This document shows positions 32,098 through 41,537 of a stretch of 64,000 nt of DNA, piece after piece; position 1 is the first letter of the stretch, and the number at the start of each line of letters is the position of its first letter. Location: assembly GCA_965237905.1 (NCBI GenBank), contig OZ250172.1, positions 1,920,001 to 1,984,000 on the forward strand, written 5' to 3'. The position numbers and the translations under genes are program-made. The notes under the pieces are model-generated. The model was not told where the DNA came from and did no database searches. It worked only from the letters and a program-made list of their open reading frames with translations. The DNA is from Nitrospinaceae bacterium. GTDB lineage: Bacteria; Nitrospinota; Nitrospinia; Nitrospinales; Nitrospinaceae.

Positions 32098-32913
32098 TTA
32101 ACCTTTCCCGCCGACCCTGTAAAGGTCTTCCCGCCGGTCGGCAAACAGGTCGTTGTGCCCGTTGATTCGCTTGTTCCGGGCCTTTGCGAGGTCGATTTCC
32201 ACCACGTGGGCTTCCTCCCGGTCCTCAGAGGCGCGGACCAGAACCGTGCCGTCCGGGTCGACCACCTGGCTCTGGCCGATAAATTTCAGGGATTCTCCAG
32301 GAATGCGTTTTTCAGTGCCCACACGGTCGGAGGTTACGGCGTATACCCGGTTTTCCAGGCACCGGGTGATCATGGCCTGCGGGCAGTGGGGGAGCACCAG
32401 GTTGGCCGGGTGGGCGATGATATCCGCCCCCTGCAGGGCCAGTGTGCGGGCTGTTTCCGGGAACCGCCAGTCGAAGCAGATCATGATCCCGATCTTCGCG
32501 AACCCGGCATCGAACACAGTGAACGGTAGATCTCCCGGTTGAAAGAAATTATTTTCGGAATCGAAAATGTGAGCTTTCCGGAATTTCCCGATGAAACCTT
32601 TGGGGCCTACGATCACTGCTGAATTATAGAGGGTTTCGCTATCCCGTTCCGCCAGCCCAGCAACCATCACCATCCCCGTATCACGGCCCCAGTCCATCAG
32701 AAACCGGGTGGTGGGTCCGTCGGGGATGGATTCGGAAAGATTCTGCGCTTCGTTCAGGGACTTAAACTGGTAACCGGTATTGAATAATTCGGGGAGGACC
32801 AGCAGGTCGGCCTTGCGTTCTCCCCAGAGTTTTTTCGCATGGCTGAGGTTCGCCTCCATGGCCCCGAATTCAGGGTTGGTTTGGACAAAACCTACTTTGA
32901 TATTGGATAACAT
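32098..32913 (-). CDS. Carbon-nitrogen hydrolase (nitrilase superfamily)
   Basis: E-K-C triad: LPELF, FRKAH, ICFDWRFPE. Confidence 0.9.
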   Translation of the reverse strand: MLSNIKVGFVQTNPEFGAMEANLSHAKKLWGERKADLLVLPELFNTGYQFKSLNEAQNLSESIPDGPTTRFLMDWGRDTGMVMVAGLAERDSETLYNSAVIVGPKGFIGKFRKAHIFDSENNFFQPGDLPFTVFDAGFAKIGIMICFDWRFPETARTLALQGADIIAHPANLVLPHCPQAMITRCLENRVYAVTSDRVGTEKRIPGESLKFIGQSQVVDPDGTVLVRASEDREEAHVVEIDLAKARNKRINGHNDLFADRREDLYRVGGKG

Positions 32914-32952
32914 AGTTTATTGTACAACAGAAACACCGGGCAAACCTATTTA

Positions 32953-33155
32953 GACAGGATCACAGGATAAAATCGGGAAAAGAATCAGGGCAAACAAAGA
33001 TCCTTCACGGAGTTTATCTTGAGCCTGCCGAAGGGTTCAGGATGATAAATTGAATGTGTTTTGTCATTCTGAGCGGAATGGAATGGAGCGAAGAATCTGT
33101 ATTTTCTCTAAGAGAGAAGAGGAATTATTATCAGATTTTATCCTGTTATCCTGTC
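32953..33155. repeat. ~200-bp nested inverted-repeat element: outer ACAGGAT arms (family B) enclosing an inverted REP-like pair
   Basis: GACAGGATCACAGGATAAAATC (32953-32974) vs GATTTTATCCTGTTATCCTGTC (33134-33155), 21/22 complementary. Confidence 0.8.
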
Positions 33156-33194
33156 AATGGTTTTTCTGTGCCCTCTGTGGTGAGAGGGGTTTGG

Positions 33195-34262
33195 TCAGAG
33201 ACGAGAGTTCTGGTTGCGGAGCAGGTGGTCGATCAGAACCAGCGCGACCATGGCTTCGGCCATGGGCACGGCGCGGGGCGCGACGCAGGGATCGTGCCGT
33301 CCTTCGACCCGGATTTTGGTTTTTTTGCCTTTCTGGGTGACGGTGTCCTGCTCGCGGTTGATGGAGGATGTGGGTTTCACCACCATGCGTACCACGACAT
33401 CGTTGCCGTTCGAAATACCGCCGAGGATGCCGCCGGCGTTGTTGGTTTTCGTGGTGATCTTTTTACCTTTGGTGGTGAAGACGTCGTTGCATTCCGATCC
33501 TTTAAGCCGCGCGGCTTCGAATCCGATACCGACTTCCACGCCCTTGACGGCCGGTAGGCACATCAGGGCTTTGGCGAGGTCGGCGTCCAGCCGGTCGAAC
33601 ACCGGCTCGCCGAGTCCGGACGGAACTCCCTGTGCCACCACTTCGATCACTCCACCCAGCGAATCGCCTTCTTTCCTGGCCTGCATGATGGCCTCCACCA
33701 TCTGCTCCGCCACTTTTTTATCCGGGCAACGGACGATATTTTTTTCAATTTCTTTCTGGCTGAAGGTTTGCGCGACGTATTCGCCGATCTGGCGGGTGAA
33801 GGCGAAGACCTTGATTTTGTGCCGGGCCAGAAGCTTTTTGGCGACAGCTCCGGCGGCCACACGGCCCACCGTTTCGCGCGCACTGGAGCGTCCTCCGCCG
33901 CGGTAATCGCGGAAGCCGTATTTCTGGTCATAGGTGAAATCAGCATGACCGGGCCGGTACAGGTGCTTGATCAATTCGTATTTGGAGGAATCGGCGTCCG
34001 AGTTTTCCACCATCATGGCCAGCGGGGTGCCGGTGGTTTTACCGTTGAAGATTCCGGACAGGAATCGAATTTGATCCGGTTCTTTACGGGTGGTGGTGAC
34101 TTTGCTTTGTCCGGTACGGCGGCGGTCGAGCTCGACTTGAATATCTTTTTCGGAAAGGGGCAGGCCGGCGGGACAGCCGTCCACCACGACACCGATGCCA
34201 GGGCCATGCGATTCGCCCCAGGTGGTTATTCTGAATAATTGTCCAAATGTGTTGCCGGGCAT
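33195..34262 (-). CDS. aroC: Chorismate synthase
   Basis: [30 protein letters not shown]. Confidence 0.97.
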   Translation of the reverse strand: MPGNTFGQLFRITTWGESHGPGIGVVVDGCPAGLPLSEKDIQVELDRRRTGQSKVTTTRKEPDQIRFLSGIFNGKTTGTPLAMMVENSDADSSKYELIKHLYRPGHADFTYDQKYGFRDYRGGGRSSARETVGRVAAGAVAKKLLARHKIKVFAFTRQIGEYVAQTFSQKEIEKNIVRCPDKKVAEQMVEAIMQARKEGDSLGGVIEVVAQGVPSGLGEPVFDRLDADLAKALMCLPAVKGVEVGIGFEAARLKGSECNDVFTTKGKKITTKTNNAGGILGGISNGNDVVVRMVVKPTSSINREQDTVTQKGKKTKIRVEGRHDPCVAPRAVPMAEAMVALVLIDHLLRNQNSRL

Positions 34263-34354
34263 GACGATATTTTGAGTAAGGGGTGTAACAACAGACGTTC
34301 ACCAACCGGCGGGAAGGAGATAGAAATCAACCGGTTAAGAATGGGCCAGGAAAT

Positions 34355-34379
34355 AAAAAAAGCAGGGGAAACCCTGCTT
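34355..34379 (-). terminator. Intrinsic terminator after ihfB
   Basis: Minus strand AAGCAGGG-TTTC-CCCTGC followed by a T-run. Confidence 0.8.
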
Positions 34380-34436
34380 GTTCGGCGCTCCGGAATTTCC
34401 GGGAAACCCGAGAAAAACCTTTATTTGAAAAGGGTT

Positions 34437-34733
34437 TTAATCGGCGGAGATTTCCAGTTCACCGTCCACCAACTCCCGCAGTTCCTTGCCCGCTTTAAAA
34501 AAGGGCACCCTTTTGGCGGGGACATCCACCCGATCTCCGGATTTTGGGTTCCTTCCGATGCGTGCATTTCTGCTTCGGACTCGAAAACTGCCAAACCCCC
34601 TCAATTCAACCTTTTTTCCTTGCGCCAGAGACTCGGTAATACTTTGAAAGACAGTATTGACCACAACCTCAGCCTGCTTTTTGGTCAGGTTGATCTGCCC
34701 CGCAACCTTTTCTACCAATTCCGCTTTGGTCAT
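34437..34733 (-). CDS. ihfB: Integration host factor beta / HU family
   Basis: VELRGFGSF, GRNPKSG, PFFKAGKELRE; located after rpsA-sppA. Confidence 0.85.
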   Translation of the reverse strand: MTKAELVEKVAGQINLTKKQAEVVVNTVFQSITESLAQGKKVELRGFGSFRVRSRNARIGRNPKSGDRVDVPAKRVPFFKAGKELRELVDGELEISAD

Positions 34734-34767
34734 TTAAGTGAGTCCCCCCCTTAGAAAAGTTTGGGCG

Positions 34768-34795
34768 AGTATATCATTAACTCTATGCAAGTCAA
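34768..34795 (-). promoter_or_regulatory. Candidate sigma70 promoter for ihfB
   Basis: TTGACT-N16-TATACT with extended -10 TG. Confidence 0.5.
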
Positions 34796-34992
34796 GCGTT
34801 TTGAAGATTTGGGACGGTGCATTTGTGACCTGTTCGGATAGGAAACACCAAGTGAAATTCCGGCGATCAAGGGCCCTAATTTTTTGAATTTTTACGGTTT
34901 ATGGAGTTGTGGCAAACCTCAAAGAGGTTTTCAAAGGTAAAACTCCTGAGCCAGAAAATCGTCGGTATAGGAATTTTATTGAAAAAAATGGT

Positions 34993-35907
34993 CTAACTTG
35001 GCAACCAAAGAAATTGCAGGGAAGGAAACTGCGACGGCATCCAATTGGCCTTGAACTCTTTGGGGAGGGAACTCCCCATGAACCATTCCATGAATCCTTT
35101 AGGGGGCTCTTCCCACATCACCTTGGGTCGGCCTTCGATGCCCACGGCTTCTCCCAATTTGGCAATCACGTCTTCGAGTCCACCCATTTCATCAACCATC
35201 TTCAATTCAAGGGCTTGTCGTCCGGTGAATACCCGGCCATCGGCCAGTTTTCGGGCTTCCTTGGTGGTGATGTTGCGGCCTTGAGCGACGGCATCAACAA
35301 ATTGCTGGTGAACATCATCCACCACGCGTTGCAGGTAGACCCGTTCTGCGGCGGTCATTTTACGGGCGGGCGAGCCGACATCCTTATACTTCCCGCTTTT
35401 GACCACCTGCGGCTCCAACCCGATTTTTTCCATCAATTTCTCAGCGTTACCGAACGCCATAATCACACCGATACTGCCGGTCAGGGTGCCGGGGTTGGCA
35501 AAAATCCGGTCGGCCGCCACCGCGATGTAATAACCGCCGGAAGCGGCGAGACTGCCCATGGACGCGTAGATTTTCTTATTATCCGCCCGGACCCTGAGGA
35601 CCTCGTCGTAAATTTCCTGTGAGGGTCCCACGGCACCTCCCGGCGAATCAATCCTCAAAATGATGGCCTTGATTTCATCGTCGCGGCGGTATTTGGAAAG
35701 CTGGCGAACGATGTTCCTGGAGTCCATGATTTGTCCACTGATTTCCACCAAAGCGATTTTTTCCTTGCCGTCGTCGAATCCTCCGTCCGAAAGATAACGG
35801 CCGAATACTGAGGATAAAACCAGTAGGGCGACCAGACCTAATGTGAAATAAAGCAAGGTACGGCCAAACGATTTTTTCGGTTTTTCTACAGGCGGTATGG
35901 GTTGCAT
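34993..35907 (-). CDS. sppA: Signal peptide peptidase SppA (S49)
   Basis: RIDSPGG, AASGGYY, TGSIGV, KSGKYKD. Confidence 0.93.
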   Translation of the reverse strand: MQPIPPVEKPKKSFGRTLLYFTLGLVALLVLSSVFGRYLSDGGFDDGKEKIALVEISGQIMDSRNIVRQLSKYRRDDEIKAIILRIDSPGGAVGPSQEIYDEVLRVRADNKKIYASMGSLAASGGYYIAVAADRIFANPGTLTGSIGVIMAFGNAEKLMEKIGLEPQVVKSGKYKDVGSPARKMTAAERVYLQRVVDDVHQQFVDAVAQGRNITTKEARKLADGRVFTGRQALELKMVDEMGGLEDVIAKLGEAVGIEGRPKVMWEEPPKGFMEWFMGSSLPKEFKANWMPSQFPSLQFLWLPS

Positions 35908-35922
35908 TCAGAACCTCTGAGT

Positions 35923-37638
35923 TTATTCTTCGGTTTTAGTTTCCTCCTCATCCTCTGAAGGGATATCTAATTGTACCTCTTCCAGATCGATCTGTGAAGG
36001 ATCCAGGTTCTCTTTGTAAGCTTTAATGCTGAGGCCGATTTTTTTGCTGGTGGTATCGACCTTGATCACCTTGGCCGTGATTTCGTCTCCCACCTTGACC
36101 ACTTTCTCCGGATGTGTCACTTTTTCAGAACTCAGTTGGGAGACGTGGATCAAACCTTCCAGGCCGTCGTCGAACTCCGCGAAGGCTCCAAAACCGGTAA
36201 CCTTGATAATGATGCCGGTGACTTCTTTCCCAATAGGATACTGATCGGGAATATTTTCCCAGGGATCGGCTTCGAGTTGCTTGATGCCCAGGGAAATGCG
36301 GCAGGCGTCCTTATCGATGTTCAGCACTGCGGCGGTGACTTTATCCTTCTTCTTGAGTACTTCAGAAGGATGCTTGATCTTCTTGTTCCAGGACAAGTCG
36401 GAGATGTGGATCAATCCGTCCACTCCGTCTTCCAGCTCGATAAACGCACCGAAATCGGTCAGGTTCCGTACCAGCCCTTCGACCTCGGTACCGATGGGAT
36501 ATTTCTGTTCGATACTGTCCCACGGGTTGGGCTCGATCTGCTTCATGCCCAGGGAAATCCGTTTCTTTTCTTTGTCCAGCGTCAGCACCACCGCTTCCAC
36601 CGTATCGCCGATGCTCACCATCTTGCTGGGATGTTTGACATGGCGGCTCCATGACATTTCGGAAACGTGGACCAGGCCCTCGATGCCTTTTTCCAACTCC
36701 ACGAAAGCGCCGTAGTCGGTGATGCTCACCACTTTGCCGGAGATGCGGGTTTTGACCGGGTACTTGTTGTCCACGTCCACCCATGGGTCCGGAGTGATTT
36801 GTTTGAGGCCCAGGGAGACGCGCTCTTTTTCCTTGTCGTATTTGAGGACCATTACCGTCACCTTGTCGCCGATAGCGAACATTTCGGAGGGATGGTTGAC
36901 GCGTCCCCAGGACATGTCGGTGATGTGAAGCAGGCCGTCGATGCCGCCCAAGTCGATGAACACTCCGTAATCGGTGATGTTCTTGACGATGCCCTCCACT
37001 TGGTTGCCTTCTTCCATCTTGGTCAGGGTACCGGCGCGAGCCTGTTTGCGTTCCTCCTCGAGCAGGATACGGCGCGAAAGCACGATGTTGCCGCGCTTTT
37101 TGTTCATCTTGATGATTTTCATCTGGAACTTTTCGCCGATCAGTTTTTCCAGGTTGCGTACCGGGCGCAGATCGATTTGCGAGCCGGGTAGAAATGATTT
37201 GAGTCCAATGTCGACCGTCAAGCCGCCTTTGGCTTTGGCCACCACGATGCCTTCGATAATTTCCTCCGCCTCGAAGGCCGTGACCAGTTTTTCCCAGATT
37301 TTGATCTTGTTGGCTTTTTCTTTGGACAGAACGACAATGCCGTTGTTGTCTTCTACGCGCTCGAGAAAGACTTCTATCTCATCCCCGACTTTTAGATCCT
37401 TTTCCGCTTCGGGGAATTCGCTGTGGCTGATCATGCCCTCGGATTTAAAGCCGACGTCGACGGTGACCAATCCCTTGGACAGCCCCAATACTTTGCCTAT
37501 GATGATTTCGCCTCCCCGGAAATTCTTGAGGCTCTTGTCGAAATACGCCTCCATTTCCGCATGCGCGGCTTTTTCTTCCTTCGTTAATTCCTCTTCCATT
37601 TCCATTGTGTCGTCAAGATCAAAAACTGCTTTTACCAC
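35923..37638 (-). CDS. rpsA: 30S ribosomal protein S1
   Basis: Six S1 repeats (e.g. YGVFIDLGGIDGLLHITDMSW). Confidence 0.97.
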   Translation of the reverse strand: MVKAVFDLDDTMEMEEELTKEEKAAHAEMEAYFDKSLKNFRGGEIIIGKVLGLSKGLVTVDVGFKSEGMISHSEFPEAEKDLKVGDEIEVFLERVEDNNGIVVLSKEKANKIKIWEKLVTAFEAEEIIEGIVVAKAKGGLTVDIGLKSFLPGSQIDLRPVRNLEKLIGEKFQMKIIKMNKKRGNIVLSRRILLEEERKQARAGTLTKMEEGNQVEGIVKNITDYGVFIDLGGIDGLLHITDMSWGRVNHPSEMFAIGDKVTVMVLKYDKEKERVSLGLKQITPDPWVDVDNKYPVKTRISGKVVSITDYGAFVELEKGIEGLVHVSEMSWSRHVKHPSKMVSIGDTVEAVVLTLDKEKKRISLGMKQIEPNPWDSIEQKYPIGTEVEGLVRNLTDFGAFIELEDGVDGLIHISDLSWNKKIKHPSEVLKKKDKVTAAVLNIDKDACRISLGIKQLEADPWENIPDQYPIGKEVTGIIIKVTGFGAFAEFDDGLEGLIHVSQLSSEKVTHPEKVVKVGDEITAKVIKVDTTSKKIGLSIKAYKENLDPSQIDLEEVQLDIPSEDEEETKTEE

Positions 37639-37683
37639 GTTACTTCTCCTTCATATTTCAGGTTAAGGTTAATAAAATTAACT

Positions 37684-38349
37684 TCACTGTGAATGGACCG
37701 GACCGATCATTTCGATCATATAAGCCACCACGTCGTCGATGTTCATTTGGGTGGTGTCCAGCCGAATCGAGTCCTTCGCCGGTACCAATGGCGATACTTC
37801 CCGATTCTCATCTTCATAATCCCGTTGTTGCAATTGCTCGTAAATTTTTTCAAATGTCACTTCAGGAGACTTGGCTTTGATTTCTTCGTGGCGCCGTTGG
37901 GCCCGCTCTTTCTGGTCGGCGACCAGAAAAAACTTTTTATCTGCATCGGGAAAGACCACTGTCCCGATATCCCGGCCGTCCATGACCACGTTGCCGTTGC
38001 GTCCCATATCCTGTTGTTGCGCGACCATGACCTCGCGCACCGCTTTGTTCGCGGCGACGATAGCGGCCAGCTGCCCGATGGTTTCCGTCTTCAGGACCGG
38101 AGTCAAATCCTCTCCGTCGACCATCACCTTTTGGCGCTCGGTTCCCGGTTGAAACTCGAGAGAAATGTTACGGGCCACCTCGGCGATCCGCTCCGCGTCT
38201 CCTGGATCGATTCCTGCCTGTTGAGATTTCCACGCCACCGCACGGTACATCGAGCCGGTTTCAATATATTTAAAATTCAGGCGCGAGGCGATGAGCCGGG
38301 CTACGGTGCTTTTGCCGCTCCCCGCCGGCCCGTCAATGGCGATGATCAT
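37684..38349 (-). CDS. cmk: Cytidylate kinase
   Basis: IDGPAGSGKST, TGSMYR, MDGRDIGTVVFPDA. Confidence 0.96.
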   Translation of the reverse strand: MIIAIDGPAGSGKSTVARLIASRLNFKYIETGSMYRAVAWKSQQAGIDPGDAERIAEVARNISLEFQPGTERQKVMVDGEDLTPVLKTETIGQLAAIVAANKAVREVMVAQQQDMGRNGNVVMDGRDIGTVVFPDADKKFFLVADQKERAQRRHEEIKAKSPEVTFEKIYEQLQQRDYEDENREVSPLVPAKDSIRLDTTQMNIDDVVAYMIEMIGPVHSQ

Positions 38350-39221
38350 GTATTGGTTTCCACCAGCTTGCCCCGGTGAACGTTCGCATTGGCGAAGGTT
38401 TCCTGCAAGGCATCGGCCTGATCCTGTTCGATCAGAGTTTTAATGTTTTCCAGCGCATCTTGGAATTGATCTATCAGTTTAACAACCGGAAGCTTGTTTG
38501 CCAGACAAATATCACGCCACATCACCGGATCGCTGGAAGCAATGCGGGTAATGTCCTTCAACCCTCCGCCCGACATCGAGAGAATATCTCCGTAACTTTC
38601 GGTTTTAACGTTCGCTACCGTGTTCATGAGTGCATACGCCACGACATGCGGCAAATGGCTGAGCGCTCCGAATACTGTGTCATGTTCATGAGCGTCCATC
38701 GTCAGGGTTTGCATCCCCACCTCGGTCCACAATTCGGTCACCCGCTGAAGGGCTTCGGTCTGGGTGTTCGCGGTGGGCGTAATGATGCATTTCGCGCCGG
38801 TCAGCAAGTCCGCGCTGGCGGCTTCCAGGCCGGATTGTTCTCCGCCTGCGATCGGGTGCGCCCCCACGTAATAAATAGAATCGGGCATCAGGGCATCGAC
38901 TTCCTCGACCAACCGGCCCTTGACCGACCCGGCGTCGGTAATGATGCATCCGTCCTGGAGAAACGGAATCATCTCCCGGACACGCTCCGCCAGAACGCCC
39001 ACTGGTGTGCACAGGACGATGAGATCGGAACCTGCGACGGCGGTTTTCAGATCCGTCGATCCGGAATCGATGACGTTCTTCTTCTGCGCTTGCTTGAGGT
39101 TGTCGGCATTTCTACCGAACCCGACAATCTTTTTCACCAGCTTGCGTTGCCGGCAGGATTGCGCCAGCGACGCGCCGATCAGCCCCACGCCCAGGATAGT
39201 CATTTGTTGAAACGGTTTCAT
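38346..39221 (-). CDS. tyrA: Prephenate/arogenate dehydrogenase
   Basis: GVGLIGAS, DAGSVK, HPIAG, SHLPH, TRIASSDP; start set at ATG 39221. Confidence 0.92.
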   Translation of the reverse strand: MKPFQQMTILGVGLIGASLAQSCRQRKLVKKIVGFGRNADNLKQAQKKNVIDSGSTDLKTAVAGSDLIVLCTPVGVLAERVREMIPFLQDGCIITDAGSVKGRLVEEVDALMPDSIYYVGAHPIAGGEQSGLEAASADLLTGAKCIITPTANTQTEALQRVTELWTEVGMQTLTMDAHEHDTVFGALSHLPHVVAYALMNTVANVKTESYGDILSMSGGGLKDITRIASSDPVMWRDICLANKLPVVKLIDQFQDALENIKTLIEQDQADALQETFANANVHRGKLVETNT

Positions 39222-39226
39222 ATCGT

Positions 39227-40300
39227 CTAATCGTGGTTGGGGTACGATCCCAGCACCCGGAGGAAAATGCAACGTTTGCCCACCGAGCGAATCACTTTAT
39301 CAATATGAGGGTCATCCATATGGCCCTCGAAATCTACAAAGAACAGGTATTCCCACGACCGATTTCTCAGCGGTCGGGATTGTATTTTGGTCAGGTTGAT
39401 CTGGTTGCGCGCGAACAACTGCAGAACCTTCAGGAGCGAACCGGCTTCGTCCTCGATGGAGAACATGACCGACGTTTTATTGCGTTTGGCTTTCTTCGCT
39501 TTTTCCCGGCTGATGACGAGAAAGCGGGTGGTGTTTTTCGAGCGGTCCTCTATTCTTTCGGCGATGATTTTGAGGTCATAACATTCCGCCGCCAGTTTCC
39601 CGGCCACCGCCGCGGCCTGGTCGTCTTTGCTGGCGAGTGCCGCCGCCACCGCCGTGCTGGAGGTGGTCACCTGTTCGATGCCGGCCGCGTTCTGGTTGAG
39701 CCAGTTGCGGCACTGGGCGAGCGGTTGCGGATGCGAATAAATCTGGCGGACCTTTTTAGGGTCGCCGGACCTGGATAAATAATAAAGGGAGATCCCCAAT
39801 TTCACCTCATCGCAAATCACCAGGGGCGAATCGACGAAACAATCCAGCGTCAGGTTGACCACGCCTTCGGTGGAATTTTCAATAGGCACCACACCGTAAT
39901 CGGCATGGCCCTGCTCGACTTCGTAAAAAATGGATTCAATGCCGCTGGTTGGAACGAAGACGGAGGAATGGCCGAACTGCTTGATCGCCGCCTGATGTGA
40001 GAAGGTGGTTTCCGGACCGAGATAAGCGATGTTGAGCGGTTTTTCCAGGGCGAGGGTGGCGGAGAAAATCTCACGGAAAATACATTCCACCGCCTCTTCG
40101 GGAAGGGGACCCGGATTGGCCTGCTTCATGCGCTCGATGATCTCCCGCTCACGATGCGGAACGTGGAAATGGTTCGAGTCGTTTTTTTTGGATTTTTCCT
40201 GGCCGATTTGGATGGCCAGATTGGCGCGCCGGTTGAACAGTTGCAGTAATTTTTCGTCTATCTTGTCGATCTGGTCGCGAATCTCATCAATTTTTGGCAA
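39227..40300 (-). CDS. pheA: Chorismate mutase/prephenate dehydratase
   Basis: N-terminal CM domain, PIENSTEG, NTTRF, ACT domain INLTKIQSRP. Confidence 0.95.
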   Translation of the reverse strand: MPKIDEIRDQIDKIDEKLLQLFNRRANLAIQIGQEKSKKNDSNHFHVPHREREIIERMKQANPGPLPEEAVECIFREIFSATLALEKPLNIAYLGPETTFSHQAAIKQFGHSSVFVPTSGIESIFYEVEQGHADYGVVPIENSTEGVVNLTLDCFVDSPLVICDEVKLGISLYYLSRSGDPKKVRQIYSHPQPLAQCRNWLNQNAAGIEQVTTSSTAVAAALASKDDQAAAVAGKLAAECYDLKIIAERIEDRSKNTTRFLVISREKAKKAKRNKTSVMFSIEDEAGSLLKVLQLFARNQINLTKIQSRPLRNRSWEYLFFVDFEGHMDDPHIDKVIRSVGKRCIFLRVLGSYPNHD

Positions 40301-40445
40301 TGCAAAAGGTACCGCCCTTTCGTAGGATTTCCGAAAAACCGTTAGGTTTTCAATGGATAAGGTTGATCATTCCATAGGTTGGCCCTAGAATGCAAGCACT
40401 AATTAAAGCCAACCGCTTGTTTTTAAACTTTATGAGGGGGAAATC

Positions 40446-40754
40446 ATGATTCTTCTGGAATTCAGCATGTCACCGATGGACAAGGGCGAAAGCGTCAGCC
40501 CGTACGTCAGCCGGTCTTTGGATATCATCTCGAACAGCGGGGTGCCGTACCGCCTGGGTCCTATGGGCACCTGCCTGGAAGGGGAATGGGACGAGGTCAT
40601 GGGCGTCATCAAGCAATGTCTGGATAAGATGAGTTCAGACTGTGATCGCATTACCTGTTCCATCAAGATCGATTACCGCAAGGGGAAAAGCGGCCGGCTC
40701 GAATCGAAAATGGCCTCCGTCGAAGCCAAACTGGGGAAGAAGTTGAATACTTAA
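40446..40754 (+). CDS. MTH1187/YkoF-family thiamine-binding protein
   Basis: SVSPYV, GPMGTCLEGEWDEV, KIDYR. Confidence 0.85.
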   Translation: MILLEFSMSPMDKGESVSPYVSRSLDIISNSGVPYRLGPMGTCLEGEWDEVMGVIKQCLDKMSSDCDRITCSIKIDYRKGKSGRLESKMASVEAKLGKKLNT

Positions 40755-40760
40755 AACAAA

Positions 40761-40799
40761 TTTAACCACAGATGAACACAGATAGACACCGATGAAACC
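40761..40799 (+). repeat. Solo copy of the CACAGAT repeat (family A)
   Basis: TTTAACCACAGATGAACACAGATAGACACCGATGAAACC. Confidence 0.9.
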
Positions 40800-40868
40800 C
40801 GGAGCAGGGAGGAGGGAACACGGAGAAAATTTGCTACGGGCCTTGCCTGGTCGGCCGTTCACCGGCGT

Positions 40869-41255
40869 TTATTTTGATCCACAACTCTTTTTCAGCCAAT
40901 GGGCGAATTCAGCTTCGGTCATTTTTCCGGCGGTGAGGTCGAGGATGGCCTGGGTGGTTTCGGCTTCGGGGGCGTTCATCAATTTTCCGTTGCGGGTCAG
41001 GAATACGAAACCGGTCATGAAGGCGGTGCGCTTGTTGCCGTCGACAAAGGGATGGTTTTTGAGGATGCCGTAGATGTAGACTGTCGCCAAGGTGAAGAGA
41101 TCGGGGTCTTCGTAATGGAATATTTGTTGGGGCCGGGACAAGGCAGAATCGAGCAGCGCTTCGTCCCGGATGCCGGCAGGGCCGCCGAATTCCGCCAGCA
41201 GGACATCGTGCAGGGTCAACACCACCTCGCGCAGGACCCAGACGGGTTCCTTCAT
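40869..41255 (-). CDS. doc: Doc/Fic-family toxin
   Basis: HPFVDGNKRTA Doc motif. Confidence 0.92.
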   Translation of the reverse strand: MKEPVWVLREVVLTLHDVLLAEFGGPAGIRDEALLDSALSRPQQIFHYEDPDLFTLATVYIYGILKNHPFVDGNKRTAFMTGFVFLTRNGKLMNAPEAETTQAILDLTAGKMTEAEFAHWLKKSCGSK

Positions 41256-41482
41256 TCGGCCAAGGCGCGCAAGGTGTTGCGGTAATGACTCATGCCTTCT
41301 TCGGCCAACCGCATCTGTTTTTCAAATTCGGGGTCGTAAGGGGTGATCCGGTAACTGCCATCCGGGGTCTCGACCAGAAAAATCTTATCCCCGTCCTTTA
41401 AATGCAGACGTTTAAGCACTTCCCGGGGCAGTGTCACCCCCAGTGAGTTGCCGACTTTCCTGACTTTCAAATCCAACATCAT
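41252..41482 (-). CDS. AbrB/MazE-family antitoxin
   Basis: RKVGNSLGVTLP; 4-nt overlap with the toxin gene; GGAG RBS supports ATG 41482 or 41479. Confidence 0.9.
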   Translation of the reverse strand: MMLDLKVRKVGNSLGVTLPREVLKRLHLKDGDKIFLVETPDGSYRITPYDPEFEKQMRLAEEGMSHYRNTLRALAE

Positions 41483-41490
41483 GCTCTCCA

Positions 41491-41516
41491 AATGTTATTA
41501 CATTAGTAATAACATT
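41491..41516. promoter_or_regulatory. TA autorepression operator
   Basis: AATGTTATTAC-N4-GTAATAACATT perfect inverted repeat, downstream of a minus-strand TTGACA (41529-41534). Confidence 0.75.
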
Positions 41517-41537
41517 GCTTGAGTGATATGTCAATTC

